DNA of 64,000 nt, from contig JANQSC010000020.1 in the NCBI GenBank assembly GCA_028284235.1, positions 128,248 through 192,247 on the forward strand, given 5' to 3'. The notes under the pieces are model-generated. The model was not told the origin of the DNA. It did not search any database and saw nothing but the letters and a program-made list of their open reading frames with translations. Shown piece after piece: positions 1 through 9,717 of the stretch. Made by a program: the position numbers and the translations under genes. This DNA is from Opitutaceae bacterium (GTDB lineage: Bacteria; Verrucomicrobiota; Verrucomicrobiia; Opitutales; Opitutaceae). Each line of letters opens with the position of its first letter. The first letter of the stretch is position 1.

Positions 1-2
1 CC

Positions 3-458
3 TACTTCGCCCAGCAGCAAGCGGAAGAACTCGACCCCGAAAAGACCGTTCTCGAAGAAGTCGAGCAAGCATCGGCCGACGCCGGACGCGAGGAGTCCAA
101 TCCACGAGCCGTCCTCGGAGCGCTTCTCTTCCGCAAAGACGATGTATTCAAAAAAACCTCCGTCCTGTCGGGGGGGGAACGCAATCGACTCGCATTGGCC
201 AAGATGCTCATGAAGGAAGCCAACGCCATCATCCTCGACGAGCCAACCAACCATCTCGACATCAAGAGCAAGGAGATTCTCCAAGACGCGGTCAAAGCCT
301 TCGACGGAACCGTTATCCTCGTAAGCCACGATCGCGACTTCCTCGATCCCATCGTCAACAAAGTGCTTGAAGTTAGCAAAACCGGCACCCGCATGCTCAC
401 CTGCAACGTTTCCGAATACATCGAGCGCATCAAACAAGAGGAAGCCGCCAAAGCCTAA
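3..458 (+). CDS. ABC-F family ATP-binding protein, C-terminal part (5' truncated by window edge)
   Basis: Frame is open from position 3: YFAQQQAEELDPEKTVLEEV...LSGGERNRLALAKML (ABC signature), IILDEPTNHLD (Walker B), VILVSHDR (H-loop). Confidence 0.9.
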   Translation, partial: YFAQQQAEELDPEKTVLEEVEQASADAGREESNPRAVLGALLFRKDDVFKKTSVLSGGERNRLALAKMLMKEANAIILDEPTNHLDIKSKEILQDAVKAFDGTVILVSHDRDFLDPIVNKVLEVSKTGTRMLTCNVSEYIERIKQEEAAKA

Positions 459-485
459 GGCGACAGAGAACTTCAGGTACTATCG

Positions 486-572
486 TTTTTGCCCACAGAT
501 TACGCAGATGAACTCAGATGGAGTTCCTGTTTATTTAAATCTGCGTTTATCTGCGTAATCTGTGGGGAAAAA
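486..572. repeat. Family C inverted-repeat element, copy C1 (34-bp arms with three CAGAT words, 19-bp spacer)
   Basis: tttttgcccacagattacgcagatgaactcagat (486-519) ... atctgcgtttatctgcgtaatctgtggggaaaaa (539-572); lies between convergent genes; second copy at 28540-28654. Confidence 0.85.
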
Positions 573-575
573 CCT

Positions 576-1394
576 CTAGTCTGTATAGAAGCAGTTCATC
601 CGCTTTTCCTGACCCACTGTCGTTAGCGGTCCGTGCCCGGACGCGATGATCGTGTCGTCCGACAAGGACAAGATTCGCTGCACCCCCGAGATGCCATCCG
701 CGTAGGAGATGTTCGCTCCGCCCATCGAACCCGCGAATATCGCGTCTCCCACGATGGCGAACTCGCGCGCCAGGCCGCTCACCCGGAAAGTCGCGCCGCC
801 TTCGGTGTGGCCGGGCGTATTGAACATTTCAATGCGCAGCGCCCCAACTTGCTCCGAATAGCCTTCGTCGATTTTCTCCGTTGGAAACGATACCTCCGGC
901 TCCATTCGGCTAATCACCGCTCGAGCTCCCGTTTTTTCCAGAAATCGATCCGCTCCAGTAATGTGGTCGCCGTGGGAGTGAGTGACGAAGAGCGTCTTCA
1001 CATTCAGGCCGAGATTGTCGATCTGCTCGAGCATTGGCTCGGGATCCGTTCCGGTATCAAAGGCGACGGCCTCCTTCGTGTTTACGTCCCAAATCAGATA
1101 GGCGTTCACATGCATATCGTAAAACGGCGTCGCGATCAGCTCGAAGCCCTCAATCACGTCCGGCTGATCTGGATACCACGCGTTTTTGCCGATCGTGATC
1201 AAGGCCTCGACATTCAAGCCGAGCGCTTTTCCCAATTGGGCGACCGCGTCCTCATCGAACTCGCCACGGCGGGCGGCGCGGATGGCCTCTTCCGGCAGTC
1301 CGATCTGCTCCGAAAGCGCCTCGGTGGCGATTCCCTGCCCTTTTTGAGCTTTTCCAATAATGTCGTTAAAATCGTCCTCGACGGGTAATTTCAT
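576..1394 (-). CDS. MBL-fold metallo-hydrolase with N-terminal XRE-like HTH domain
   Basis: THSHGDH (HxHxDH), TPGHT, VGDAIFAGS and GHG motifs; the first ~65 aa look like an HTH; start taken at MKLPVEDD (1394). Confidence 0.85.
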   Translation of the reverse strand: MKLPVEDDFNDIIGKAQKGQGIATEALSEQIGLPEEAIRAARRGEFDEDAVAQLGKALGLNVEALITIGKNAWYPDQPDVIEGFELIATPFYDMHVNAYLIWDVNTKEAVAFDTGTDPEPMLEQIDNLGLNVKTLFVTHSHGDHITGADRFLEKTGARAVISRMEPEVSFPTEKIDEGYSEQVGALRIEMFNTPGHTEGGATFRVSGLAREFAIVGDAIFAGSMGGANISYADGISGVQRILSLSDDTIIASGHGPLTTVGQEKRMNCFYTD

Positions 1395-1464
1395 GATCAA
1401 CCAACTAGCCGATGATCGCCGAGACATTCAACACTAACTTTTGCTTACCGTCACCCAACGCCGC

Positions 1465-2802
1465 CTAGTGAAACGCACCCAGGCGATTCCGCTCTAGATA
1501 CTCGACCGACTCCTCGATGAGCGGCGGTTCCGGGAAAATCGGGAATCCTGAAACGTCAGTCGCTTCAACCACGGAACCCGTTTCTTCATAGGCGTCCAAC
1601 CAGTCGAGCTTCCCCTGCCGAATCGGCCCGGACCGATCATAGGCGTGAAACGCGCTCGAGACGAACGAAACCACCGCCGCCAACACGAAGCCGTACTGAG
1701 CCCACCGCAAGCCGCCATTCGATTTCAACTTTTTGGCTATCCAGCAGTACACTGCAAAAATAGCCGGAATCGCCAGAGTCGTGTAGCGAGACGAACTTCC
1801 CGCGTCGGCCCCAAACGACACGCGGCCAATCGCCGCCATCCAAACAAATAGAATACTCGTCGAAAACTGGAAAAGCAACGTCTCCAGAAATCGACTCTCC
1901 ACTTGACTCGTCCAAACTGCCCGTCCGATCCGATACGCGCAAATCAACAGAGCAACTACAATCAAAAATCCGACAACGAAACGCGCTGTTTTGGGAAAAT
2001 AGAACAACCGCCCGTAGATGTGATCGATGAAAACGAAATAGTCGGTAACCGGCCAATGCGGAAAGACCATTCCCGAATTGGAAGGTTGCCATTCGTATCC
2101 AAAAGCAAATACAACAGCGGAAATCCCTAGCAGAGCGATCCCCACCGCTCCAGCGACTTTGCCGCGCTCCCTGCCCACGCCGTCGTTTTTGCGAAACGCG
2201 CTCGCTAGCCAAAGCAACACAAAGGACGCGTACACAAACAGGCCGAATCCCGTGAACAAGCTGATCGCCGCCAACAGCGAACCGCATCCAACTCGTATCC
2301 AAACGTTCGAGCTCAGCCAGCATCGGGCGATCGCCAGCATCAAAACCAGAGGCAACACGCTGTGCGAAAGATTGGGAACGTCGACGATCGTCTCCACCTG
2401 GACAGGATTGAGGAATAGCAATGGAATACAAACATCCCAAGCGCTCGCAACCCCAGTGGCGAACCGTTTCAGATGCAACGCGAGCGCAGAAGCGAGCGCT
2501 AGGAACACAACGATCGCGCTGGACTCTGCCACGACCGAAAATCCCGACAATCCCGCCAGCCAATAGGTGACCACGCCGCCTAACCCCTGCCGATGCGGAC
2601 CATGCTGGAAAACAAACGCTTCCGCGGCTCCCGCTTCATTGAACATCGGCTCGTACAATGCCCATTGGTCGTGAAACAGGATATCGACCGCAAACTGATC
2701 TACGAACAGCAACCAGGCGATTCCCAGCGCCCCCGTCAAAAGCCACGGGAGCCAGCGACTCATCAGTCCAGCATCGATCCTCATAAACCGATTCGGTTCC
2801 AC
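1465..2802 (-). CDS. Polytopic membrane protein, possible GT-C-fold glycosyltransferase
   Basis: 445 aa with many hydrophobic segments; DILFHDQW acidic motif in the first loop; function is inference only. Confidence 0.6.
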   Translation of the reverse strand: MEPNRFMRIDAGLMSRWLPWLLTGALGIAWLLFVDQFAVDILFHDQWALYEPMFNEAGAAEAFVFQHGPHRQGLGGVVTYWLAGLSGFSVVAESSAIVVFLALASALALHLKRFATGVASAWDVCIPLLFLNPVQVETIVDVPNLSHSVLPLVLMLAIARCWLSSNVWIRVGCGSLLAAISLFTGFGLFVYASFVLLWLASAFRKNDGVGRERGKVAGAVGIALLGISAVVFAFGYEWQPSNSGMVFPHWPVTDYFVFIDHIYGRLFYFPKTARFVVGFLIVVALLICAYRIGRAVWTSQVESRFLETLLFQFSTSILFVWMAAIGRVSFGADAGSSSRYTTLAIPAIFAVYCWIAKKLKSNGGLRWAQYGFVLAAVVSFVSSAFHAYDRSGPIRQGKLDWLDAYEETGSVVEATDVSGFPIFPEPPLIEESVEYLERNRLGAFH

Positions 2803-2906
2803 CGTTCGGACTCTCGGGAAGTTTCAATCAGCATCTTGTTCAAACAAACGAAGTCCCCGTTCTTCGCAATTCCAGTCGAATGGCGATACAAATCCGTTCG
2901 AATCTA

Positions 2907-3117
2907 TTTTCCGTCATCGCCCCGATTCCATCGGGGCTAGGAGTCCCCGCCGAGCGGGGCCAATAGGATCCCTCCCGCCGGGCGGGAGGGAAATAAAGTC
3001 ATCGAACATTCCCAAACCTTATTTGCCGACCGACGGGAGGCATCCTATTTCCGCGTAGGCACCGACGCAGTCGGTGACTACGTCGGATCCTAGCGAGTAA
3101 CGCGAGCGGTGACAAAA
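2907..3117. repeat. Family B scaffold-and-hairpin inverted-repeat element, copy B1
   Basis: Left arm GTCATC-hairpin-TAGGA-hairpin-AATAGGAT-hairpin-AAATAA; right arm TTATTT-x-ATCCTATT-x-TCCTA-x-GGTGAC; the same scaffold occurs at 30292-30493. Confidence 0.75.
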
Positions 3118-3118
3118 C

Positions 3119-6100
3119 CTATCCCGACTCGGCGGCGACGAGCTCTTCCTTTTGGTCCTGCTTGACCGGATACCGATCGATGGGCCGATCGTACAGCTTG
3201 CAGAACGCCACGCGCACATCCTCGAAGATGAGCGTTATCGTCGGCACCAACAGCAAGGTAATTCCCGTCGCGAAGCAAATGCCCCAGCCCAGCGAGACCG
3301 CCATCGGAATCAAGAACGCCGACTGCGAGCTGGGATCGAACATGAGCGGCAGCAACCCGAAGAAAGTCGTCAACGACGTCAGCAAAATCGGACGGAAGCG
3401 ACGCACGCCCGCCAAGCGAACCGCCTCGAACACTTTCATACCCTTTCGAATCTGACGATTGATAAAGTCGACCATGACAAGGCTGTCATTCACCACGACT
3501 CCGGACAACGCCATCATGCCAAGTAGTGACAGCATCGATACAACCGAAGTCGGACTACTACTTCGTCCAAACACCTCCAGCAATAGGAAGTTCATTATAA
3601 AATGCCCCATCAAGGCCCCGATGATCCCGAACGGAATCGCCGCCATGACGATAAAAGGCTGCGTGTAGCTCCGAAACGGAATCGCCAAAAGAATGTAGAT
3701 CGCCGCGACGACGAAGTAGATTCCCTTCATCAACTCGCGATTGTTGTTGGCCTGCTCCCGAGCGCGTCCTTCCAAACTGACGGACATGCCCGGATACTTG
3801 GCGATCATTGGCGGTAGCACGTTGTTGACGATGTCGTACTCGATCGCGTCCACGTCTACGGATTCCGTATCCGCGTCCGCCTCCACTCGAATGATACGGT
3901 TGCGGTTCACGCGCCGAATCGACGGCAAGGCTCGACCCGGCACCACTTGCGCCACTTCCTCGAAGGGAACCTCCGTGCCGTTGGCCGTCCGAATCATCAT
4001 GGTCCGCAACGACGCCAGCGATCGGCGTTCCTCCCTCGGATAGCGCACCATCACGTTCACGTCGTCCCGGCCGCGCTGAATTTTCTGCGCTTCCGACCCG
4101 AAGAACGCTTGGCGAACCTGGGACGCGAGCTGCTGGGCGGTGACGCCCAAATTCGAAGCGGCTGGTTTCAATTCAAGTTCGAGCTCCTCGGTTGATCGCT
4201 CGAAGGAGTCCGATATGTCGTACAGTCCTTCGTAGCCCGCGAGAACCTTCTGAAGCTCGACCGAAATCTCTTTCAAGTCGTCGATGCTCGGCCCTTGTAG
4301 CTGGACAGACATGGCGCCTCCCCCGCCGCGGGCGAAGGAGAAGGAGAACGTTTCCGCTTCTGGAATCGGACCGACGCGATCGCGCAAGGCCAGCGTGATC
4401 TCGCGACTTCCAATTTGCACGCCCGTCTCCTCGGGAGGCAGCATTTCGATCACGATTTCACCCATTTCGGCGATGCCGGCCTGCCCGCTTCTTCCGGGAC
4501 GACCGCTACCGAACGGGTTGCCCCCCGCCGTCGCAAAAATGTCAGTGATGATCTCAACGCCGTGCTCTCCGTTGATCTCTTTCATGTAGGCCAAGGCCTC
4601 TTTCTCGACGCGGTCGATGTGGGCTCGAGTTACTTCAAAAGTCGTTCCCGCCGGCATTTGCAAGGTCACTTGCACGCGGTCGCGGGCCAAACGCGGAAAC
4701 GAACTATAAGGAAGGCGGTCGCCGACAATCACTCCGATAAACACGAATAGGAGCGCTACGAAAAACGCCGCAGTGCCATAGCGAAATTTCAGGCAGAAAT
4801 TGAGCGCCGGCTTGTAGTATTTCAAAATGAGATTCTCCAAGCCCGATGCGAAGAACCGCTGTACCTTCACGAGCGGATTGGTCACCGTCTCTTTCTTGCC
4901 CAAGCCCTTACAGTGCTTCAAGTGGGCGGGGAGAATGAACTTCGACTCGATGATGGAGAAGAACAAGACCGGGATGACTACGATCGGGATCATCTTGAAG
5001 AAATTGCCGCGCGTTCCCGACATGACAGAGATGGGGTAGAACGCGACCATAGTCGTAAGGACGCCGAAAATAACCGGGATCGCCACTTCCTGCGTGCCTT
5101 TGATGGACGCAGTCATCGCGTCCGATCCACGCTGCATGTGCTGGTAGACGTTTTCCCCCGTCACAATTGCGTCGTCGACCACGATCCCCAACACCAATAT
5201 AAAAGCGAAAAGCGTTATCAGATTGAGCGAAACGCCCATGATCGGCAGTAGAAAGAACGCGCCGGAGAACGCGATGGGAATTCCCAGCGCCACCCAGAAT
5301 GCCAACGTCGGGCGAAGGAAGAGCGACAAGATGCAAAGCACCAGCAGGTAACCCATGATCGCGCTCGTTTTCAGCGTATCCAAACGCGACTTGATTCGGG
5401 CGGAGTCGTCCTGCCAATACGATAAGCTGATCCCGTCCGGAAGCGTCAACTGCTTCTCCGCGATGTAGTCCTTGACGATCGTTCCGATCGTGATCGCGCT
5501 TTGATCCCCCGTTCGGAACACATCCACCGCGATCGCTCGATCCCCATTGAATTTCGATTCGATCGGCGTCTCGTCAAACCCATCCTTCACCTGAGCGATA
5601 TCCGCAAGCGTGATACGCGTTCCGTCCGCAGTAGTGACCACCGGAATTTCGTCGAAGTCGGATTGCGTGTACGCTTGTTGCGACGTCCGCAAAAGGATAT
5701 CCCCGCCATCGGTCTTGATACTGCCCGCGGACAAATCGATCGAATGGTTGCGGACGGCTCGCACCACCGTGTCGAAACTCAATCCGAATTCCTTCAAGGT
5801 CGCTTCCGGCACCTCGATAGCGATTTCATAAGGTCGAACCGCCTTCAGCGTGGTGAGAGAAATCCCTTCCAGGGAGCCAATCTCGTCGCGCACATTCTCG
5901 CCCAACCGCTTCATTTCGGCCTCGCTCAGGTCGCCCGCCAACACCACTGTGATCACGCGTTCCTCGAAATTTCGAAGCGAAATTTGGGGACGCTCCGCCT
6001 CGATTGGAAACGTGCGAATCGTGTCCACTCGGTTCTTCACTTCATCGAGCGCCCGGTTGATGTCGAAGTTGTCGAGAATCGTCAGCGAAACGCTCCCGCT

Positions 6101-6367
6101 GTTGGAACTCGCTCGAGCGTCCATCTCGTCCAAGCCTTCCAAATCGTAGAGCGTTTCCTCCAAGCGCAGGACAATGGCTTCCTCTATTTCCGTTGGCGTC
6201 GACCCGCGATACTGGACGTCCACATTGATCGTCCGCGACTTGTAGTCTGGAAACTCCTGAAGGACGATTTTATTGATGCCGGAATAGATGCCGGCCGCGA
6301 CGATGCACACCATCAAGATGTTGGCGGCAACTCCGTTTTTGCAGAACCATTCGATTAGACGATGCAT
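3119..6367 (-). CDS. RND efflux transporter permease subunit (AcrB/AcrD/AcrF family)
   Basis: 1082 aa; GIVVDDAIVTGENVY (TM4), GVVVNDSLVMV (TM10) and RFRPILLTSLTT (TM11) motifs. Confidence 0.95.
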   Translation of the reverse strand: MHRLIEWFCKNGVAANILMVCIVAAGIYSGINKIVLQEFPDYKSRTINVDVQYRGSTPTEIEEAIVLRLEETLYDLEGLDEMDARASSNSGSVSLTILDNFDINRALDEVKNRVDTIRTFPIEAERPQISLRNFEERVITVVLAGDLSEAEMKRLGENVRDEIGSLEGISLTTLKAVRPYEIAIEVPEATLKEFGLSFDTVVRAVRNHSIDLSAGSIKTDGGDILLRTSQQAYTQSDFDEIPVVTTADGTRITLADIAQVKDGFDETPIESKFNGDRAIAVDVFRTGDQSAITIGTIVKDYIAEKQLTLPDGISLSYWQDDSARIKSRLDTLKTSAIMGYLLVLCILSLFLRPTLAFWVALGIPIAFSGAFFLLPIMGVSLNLITLFAFILVLGIVVDDAIVTGENVYQHMQRGSDAMTASIKGTQEVAIPVIFGVLTTMVAFYPISVMSGTRGNFFKMIPIVVIPVLFFSIIESKFILPAHLKHCKGLGKKETVTNPLVKVQRFFASGLENLILKYYKPALNFCLKFRYGTAAFFVALLFVFIGVIVGDRLPYSSFPRLARDRVQVTLQMPAGTTFEVTRAHIDRVEKEALAYMKEINGEHGVEIITDIFATAGGNPFGSGRPGRSGQAGIAEMGEIVIEMLPPEETGVQIGSREITLALRDRVGPIPEAETFSFSFARGGGGAMSVQLQGPSIDDLKEISVELQKVLAGYEGLYDISDSFERSTEELELELKPAASNLGVTAQQLASQVRQAFFGSEAQKIQRGRDDVNVMVRYPREERRSLASLRTMMIRTANGTEVPFEEVAQVVPGRALPSIRRVNRNRIIRVEADADTESVDVDAIEYDIVNNVLPPMIAKYPGMSVSLEGRAREQANNNRELMKGIYFVVAAIYILLAIPFRSYTQPFIVMAAIPFGIIGALMGHFIMNFLLLEVFGRSSSPTSVVSMLSLLGMMALSGVVVNDSLVMVDFINRQIRKGMKVFEAVRLAGVRRFRPILLTSLTTFFGLLPLMFDPSSQSAFLIPMAVSLGWGICFATGITLLLVPTITLIFEDVRVAFCKLYDRPIDRYPVKQDQKEELVAAESG

Positions 6368-6518
6368 GATGGAGATTGGGTTGAGTGCTAAGAATTGAAG
6401 GTCAGCGTGGACGCCTCCCTGGCTGGGCAGCGAATCTCAGCTGAATCTGTGAACTAATATTTCTGTAAAACGTGTAATTGACTGGTTGATACAGCCTCAC
6501 GGGATAATTTAAAATGTA

Positions 6519-8009
6519 CTAGAAACCGCGGGCTCCACCGCCCCCGCCTCCACCACGGCCGCCACCGCCCGGTCCGCCTCTTCCCCCTGCGGGAAGCTCG
6601 ACGCCGTTGGCTTCGGCCCATTCGCGCAATTCCGTCATTACGGGTCGCATTTGAGTGAAATCGCCCGACTCCTTGATCGCGTTCAACTTCGCCAGCAATT
6701 CCGGAGGAAGCTTGTCGCCTGCCGCCTCGATGATTGGATCGATCCGAGCGGCAGCGCCTCCACCACCCGATGGGGCTCTCGGCGGCCGCGCGCGGGCAAC
6801 CGTCTCGCCTTCTTCCGGCTCTTCCGCGGCGATCTGCACGCCTGACTCGTCCGTGACGTTCACCGGCCAGCCTTCGAGCGCGTAAGGCACTTCGGTCAAA
6901 CAAAGCTTGTCGCCCGCATTCAGGCCGCTTTGCACGACGATGACCTCGTCCGTCTCCCACGCGAGCTCGACGGAACGGCGCGAAAGGTAGTTCTCGCTGT
7001 CGACCAGAAGCACAAACTCGTTTTCACGCAGCAACACGCGCGGAATCACGTAAACATCCTCGAGCGTCTTGCCTTCAATTTTCGCTTGGACAAAGGAGCC
7101 GACCTTGAGCGGGGGACGTCCATCCGCAGACTCGCCATACGGATTTCGCACTTGAGCGACTACGAATAGTTGGCGACTTCTCGAGTCTACCAAACCTTCA
7201 GTATGCGTAATGCGGCCGCGCCATTCATAAGTCTCCGTTCCGATCGTGGAGCTCAGCGTCACTACCGGCCCCTCTCGAAACGACGGATTTTCCCCGCGGT
7301 AGACGGACGGGAGGTCCAAAAATGAAAACTGCGTCGCGGTCAAGGGCAGCCGGACTTCGGCAAAGTCCACCGCGTAGATCCGGGCGAGCTGATTGCCGGG
7401 TGAAACGTACTGCCCCACGTCCACGTTCTTGGAAAGCACACGGCCCGCATACGGGGCGCGGATCTTGGTACGCTCCAAGTTCCGCTCAGCGGTGGTTAGT
7501 CGAGCTTTCGCCGAGGCAGTCGCCGCTCGGGCTTGCTTGAGCTGCGGCTCGCGCAGAGTCAACGGATTGGCCTCGACGCCTGGATTCAAGCGCTCCCAGT
7601 CGAGCTTGGCTTGCTCGTAGCGGGCGAGTTCCTCGAATTCGCGCAACTCCGCTTGAGCCAAAGCCGCGTCGGCCACGATCAGCTCCGTCTGGTAGTCGCT
7701 ATCGTCGATCTCGAGCAAAACGTCGCCCTCTTCGAAAAATCCGCCTTCGGTGAAGTTTCGAGCCACGTCGACGATCTGGCCCCGCACTTCCGGGATCAGT
7801 GTACTGGTCGTCCGCGCCCGCACTTCGCCTTGCGTCTCCAGAGTGACCGTGTACGACTCCGGAGCCAGTTTGCGGGCGACAACGTCCGGCGTCGTGCTGA
7901 AGTTAGGACGCTGCCTCGGCTCGGGAGCCGTGGTTACCAGCAAATAGAATACAGTACCGCCGATGGCCAGCAAGACGATCGGCACGAGTATTTGAAGGAG
8001 ACGTTTCAT
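6519..8009 (-). CDS. RND periplasmic adaptor (membrane fusion protein) with a long C-terminal extension
   Basis: N-terminal TM anchor; lipoyl-like halves (EVRGQIV...GGFFEEGDVLLEID; IRAPYAGRVLSKNVDVGQYV); lies between OMF and permease. Confidence 0.92.
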   Translation of the reverse strand: MKRLLQILVPIVLLAIGGTVFYLLVTTAPEPRQRPNFSTTPDVVARKLAPESYTVTLETQGEVRARTTSTLIPEVRGQIVDVARNFTEGGFFEEGDVLLEIDDSDYQTELIVADAALAQAELREFEELARYEQAKLDWERLNPGVEANPLTLREPQLKQARAATASAKARLTTAERNLERTKIRAPYAGRVLSKNVDVGQYVSPGNQLARIYAVDFAEVRLPLTATQFSFLDLPSVYRGENPSFREGPVVTLSSTIGTETYEWRGRITHTEGLVDSRSRQLFVVAQVRNPYGESADGRPPLKVGSFVQAKIEGKTLEDVYVIPRVLLRENEFVLLVDSENYLSRRSVELAWETDEVIVVQSGLNAGDKLCLTEVPYALEGWPVNVTDESGVQIAAEEPEEGETVARARPPRAPSGGGGAAARIDPIIEAAGDKLPPELLAKLNAIKESGDFTQMRPVMTELREWAEANGVELPAGGRGGPGGGGRGGGGGGGARGF

Positions 8010-8039
8010 GTTGGGGAAAAAGGTGTTTCTGAGTTAAAT

Positions 8040-9524
8040 CTAGTTTTCGGTTTCGGTCTCGAAATCGAACCCGCCACCAAGGGCGAGGTAAAGGTCGATA
8101 CGCGACTGTACGCGCTGGTTGGATACTTGAATTAAAGCGCGCTGGGCAGTGATCGAGCGGCGAACCGCGTCGAGCGCCGTCGTGATGTCCGACAGCCCGC
8201 GACCATATTCCTCCCACGCGAGCTCTTCCGCAGCGATGGATTCTTCCGCCGCGTACTTCTGCAATTCGTAGTCGCGCTCGTAAGACGACTGGTTGTTTAG
8301 GGCGTTCTCCACTTCGCGAAACGCCGTCAACACCGCGTTGCTGTAGTTCGATACCGACTGCTCGTAATTCGCCTTGGCTCGGCGGTAATTGGCTCGCAAG
8401 CGCCCACCTTGAAAGATCGTCTGGGAAATGCTCAACTGCTGCGACCAAACGCGAAAGTCCATAAACTCGAATACATTCTCAATGTCACGCGCGCTGGTGC
8501 CGCGCGACAGATTCAAATTGAGACTGGGGATGCGGGCTTTGCTGGTTTCGAATTTCCGCTGCTCATTGCCGGCCATTGTCCGCTCGGCCGAGATTACGTC
8601 GGGCCGACGCAAGAGCATTTCGGATGGAAGCCCGGCGGGAACCGGTCCCGATATTTCGGGCAGATTAGCGGCCACTTCCAACTCGTTGCCCGGATAGCGT
8701 CCCAAAAGCGTCTCGAGTTGCCTCACCGATGAATCGCGCGTCCTCAAACGGGTTTCCAAAGTGCTTCGGTTCGAGGCGACATTCGCTCGAATCAGCCGCA
8801 CTTCCAAAGCGCGGGCGATACCGCGTTTGAAGTTCTCTTCCACAATCACCGCGCTGGACTCCAGGGCTTCGGTCGTACGCAAAGCCAGCTCGTACTGCTG
8901 CTTCGCCTCGATGGCGCTGTACCAGGATTGGGCCGTGCGGGCGGCGATCGAAAGACGGATCGCGTTGTAGTCGGCCTCCGCCGATTGGATATCCGCCAAA
9001 TCGCCTCTGTATCCATTGCGAACGCGACCCCAAATATCGATTTCCCAGTTGAACCGCCCCGTTATACCAAATGTCTCGGCAGTAGGCGTTTGGTTGATGC
9101 CACTCGCGTTGTTGCGACGATTTCGGTTCTGATTCGCATTGACGTTCAATGTCGGCCAGATCGCCGAACCCGCGAATCGCGACCCCGCAATCTGCGAAGC
9201 GAGCCGCGATTCGGCCGCCTTCAAATTGTAGTTGTGAGCGAGAGCTTCCTCTATGATTTTGACCAACATCGGGTCGTTGAAATCCTTCGTCCAGTTTTGA
9301 GGCTGAAATTCCCCGGCTCCCAGGCCCGAAGACCAGGAATTCGGTGTTTCCAATGGAAGTTCCGACGCCTTGTTTTTCGGGGCGGAGTAGCAGCCCGCGA
9401 GTAGTATCGATCCTGCCACGGAAAAAATCGTCAGGAGGCGTCTCAGGCCCGTCTTTTTGTCGGTTGAATCCACGCGTTTGGATCCAGCATTTTGCCCGTG
9501 ATTTTTGATCAGCGCAATAGCCAT
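8040..9524 (-). CDS. Outer-membrane efflux lipoprotein (TolC/NodT family)
   Basis: Lipobox LLAGC; WEIDIWGR, LLRRPDV and LYLALGGGF motifs; start uncertain (ATG 9524 or GTG 9473; the ORF track extends to 9653). Confidence 0.92.
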   Translation of the reverse strand: MAIALIKNHGQNAGSKRVDSTDKKTGLRRLLTIFSVAGSILLAGCYSAPKNKASELPLETPNSWSSGLGAGEFQPQNWTKDFNDPMLVKIIEEALAHNYNLKAAESRLASQIAGSRFAGSAIWPTLNVNANQNRNRRNNASGINQTPTAETFGITGRFNWEIDIWGRVRNGYRGDLADIQSAEADYNAIRLSIAARTAQSWYSAIEAKQQYELALRTTEALESSAVIVEENFKRGIARALEVRLIRANVASNRSTLETRLRTRDSSVRQLETLLGRYPGNELEVAANLPEISGPVPAGLPSEMLLRRPDVISAERTMAGNEQRKFETSKARIPSLNLNLSRGTSARDIENVFEFMDFRVWSQQLSISQTIFQGGRLRANYRRAKANYEQSVSNYSNAVLTAFREVENALNNQSSYERDYELQKYAAEESIAAEELAWEEYGRGLSDITTALDAVRRSITAQRALIQVSNQRVQSRIDLYLALGGGFDFETETEN

Positions 9525-9717
9525 AAATGAGGGTATAAAATCTAATAGTTTCTGGGACCGCCAATACCGCGTCCAATGGAGCAACGCCTTAGATGTATTT
9601 TCGGTTACAGGAAGATTCTTGGACTTAGGGGGGACGCGCAATAGTGGAATCACCCGATTAATTTTTTTTAATCTGGAAATTATCGCGCCAATTCCGCCCG
9701 AACGACAGGTTTGGGCC

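Noticed and set aside
6368-6518. 150-bp AT-rich gap inside the RND operon as an sRNA or element
   Set aside because: No inverted repeat, no match to the repeat families and no clear terminator; at most an internal promoter that I cannot define.
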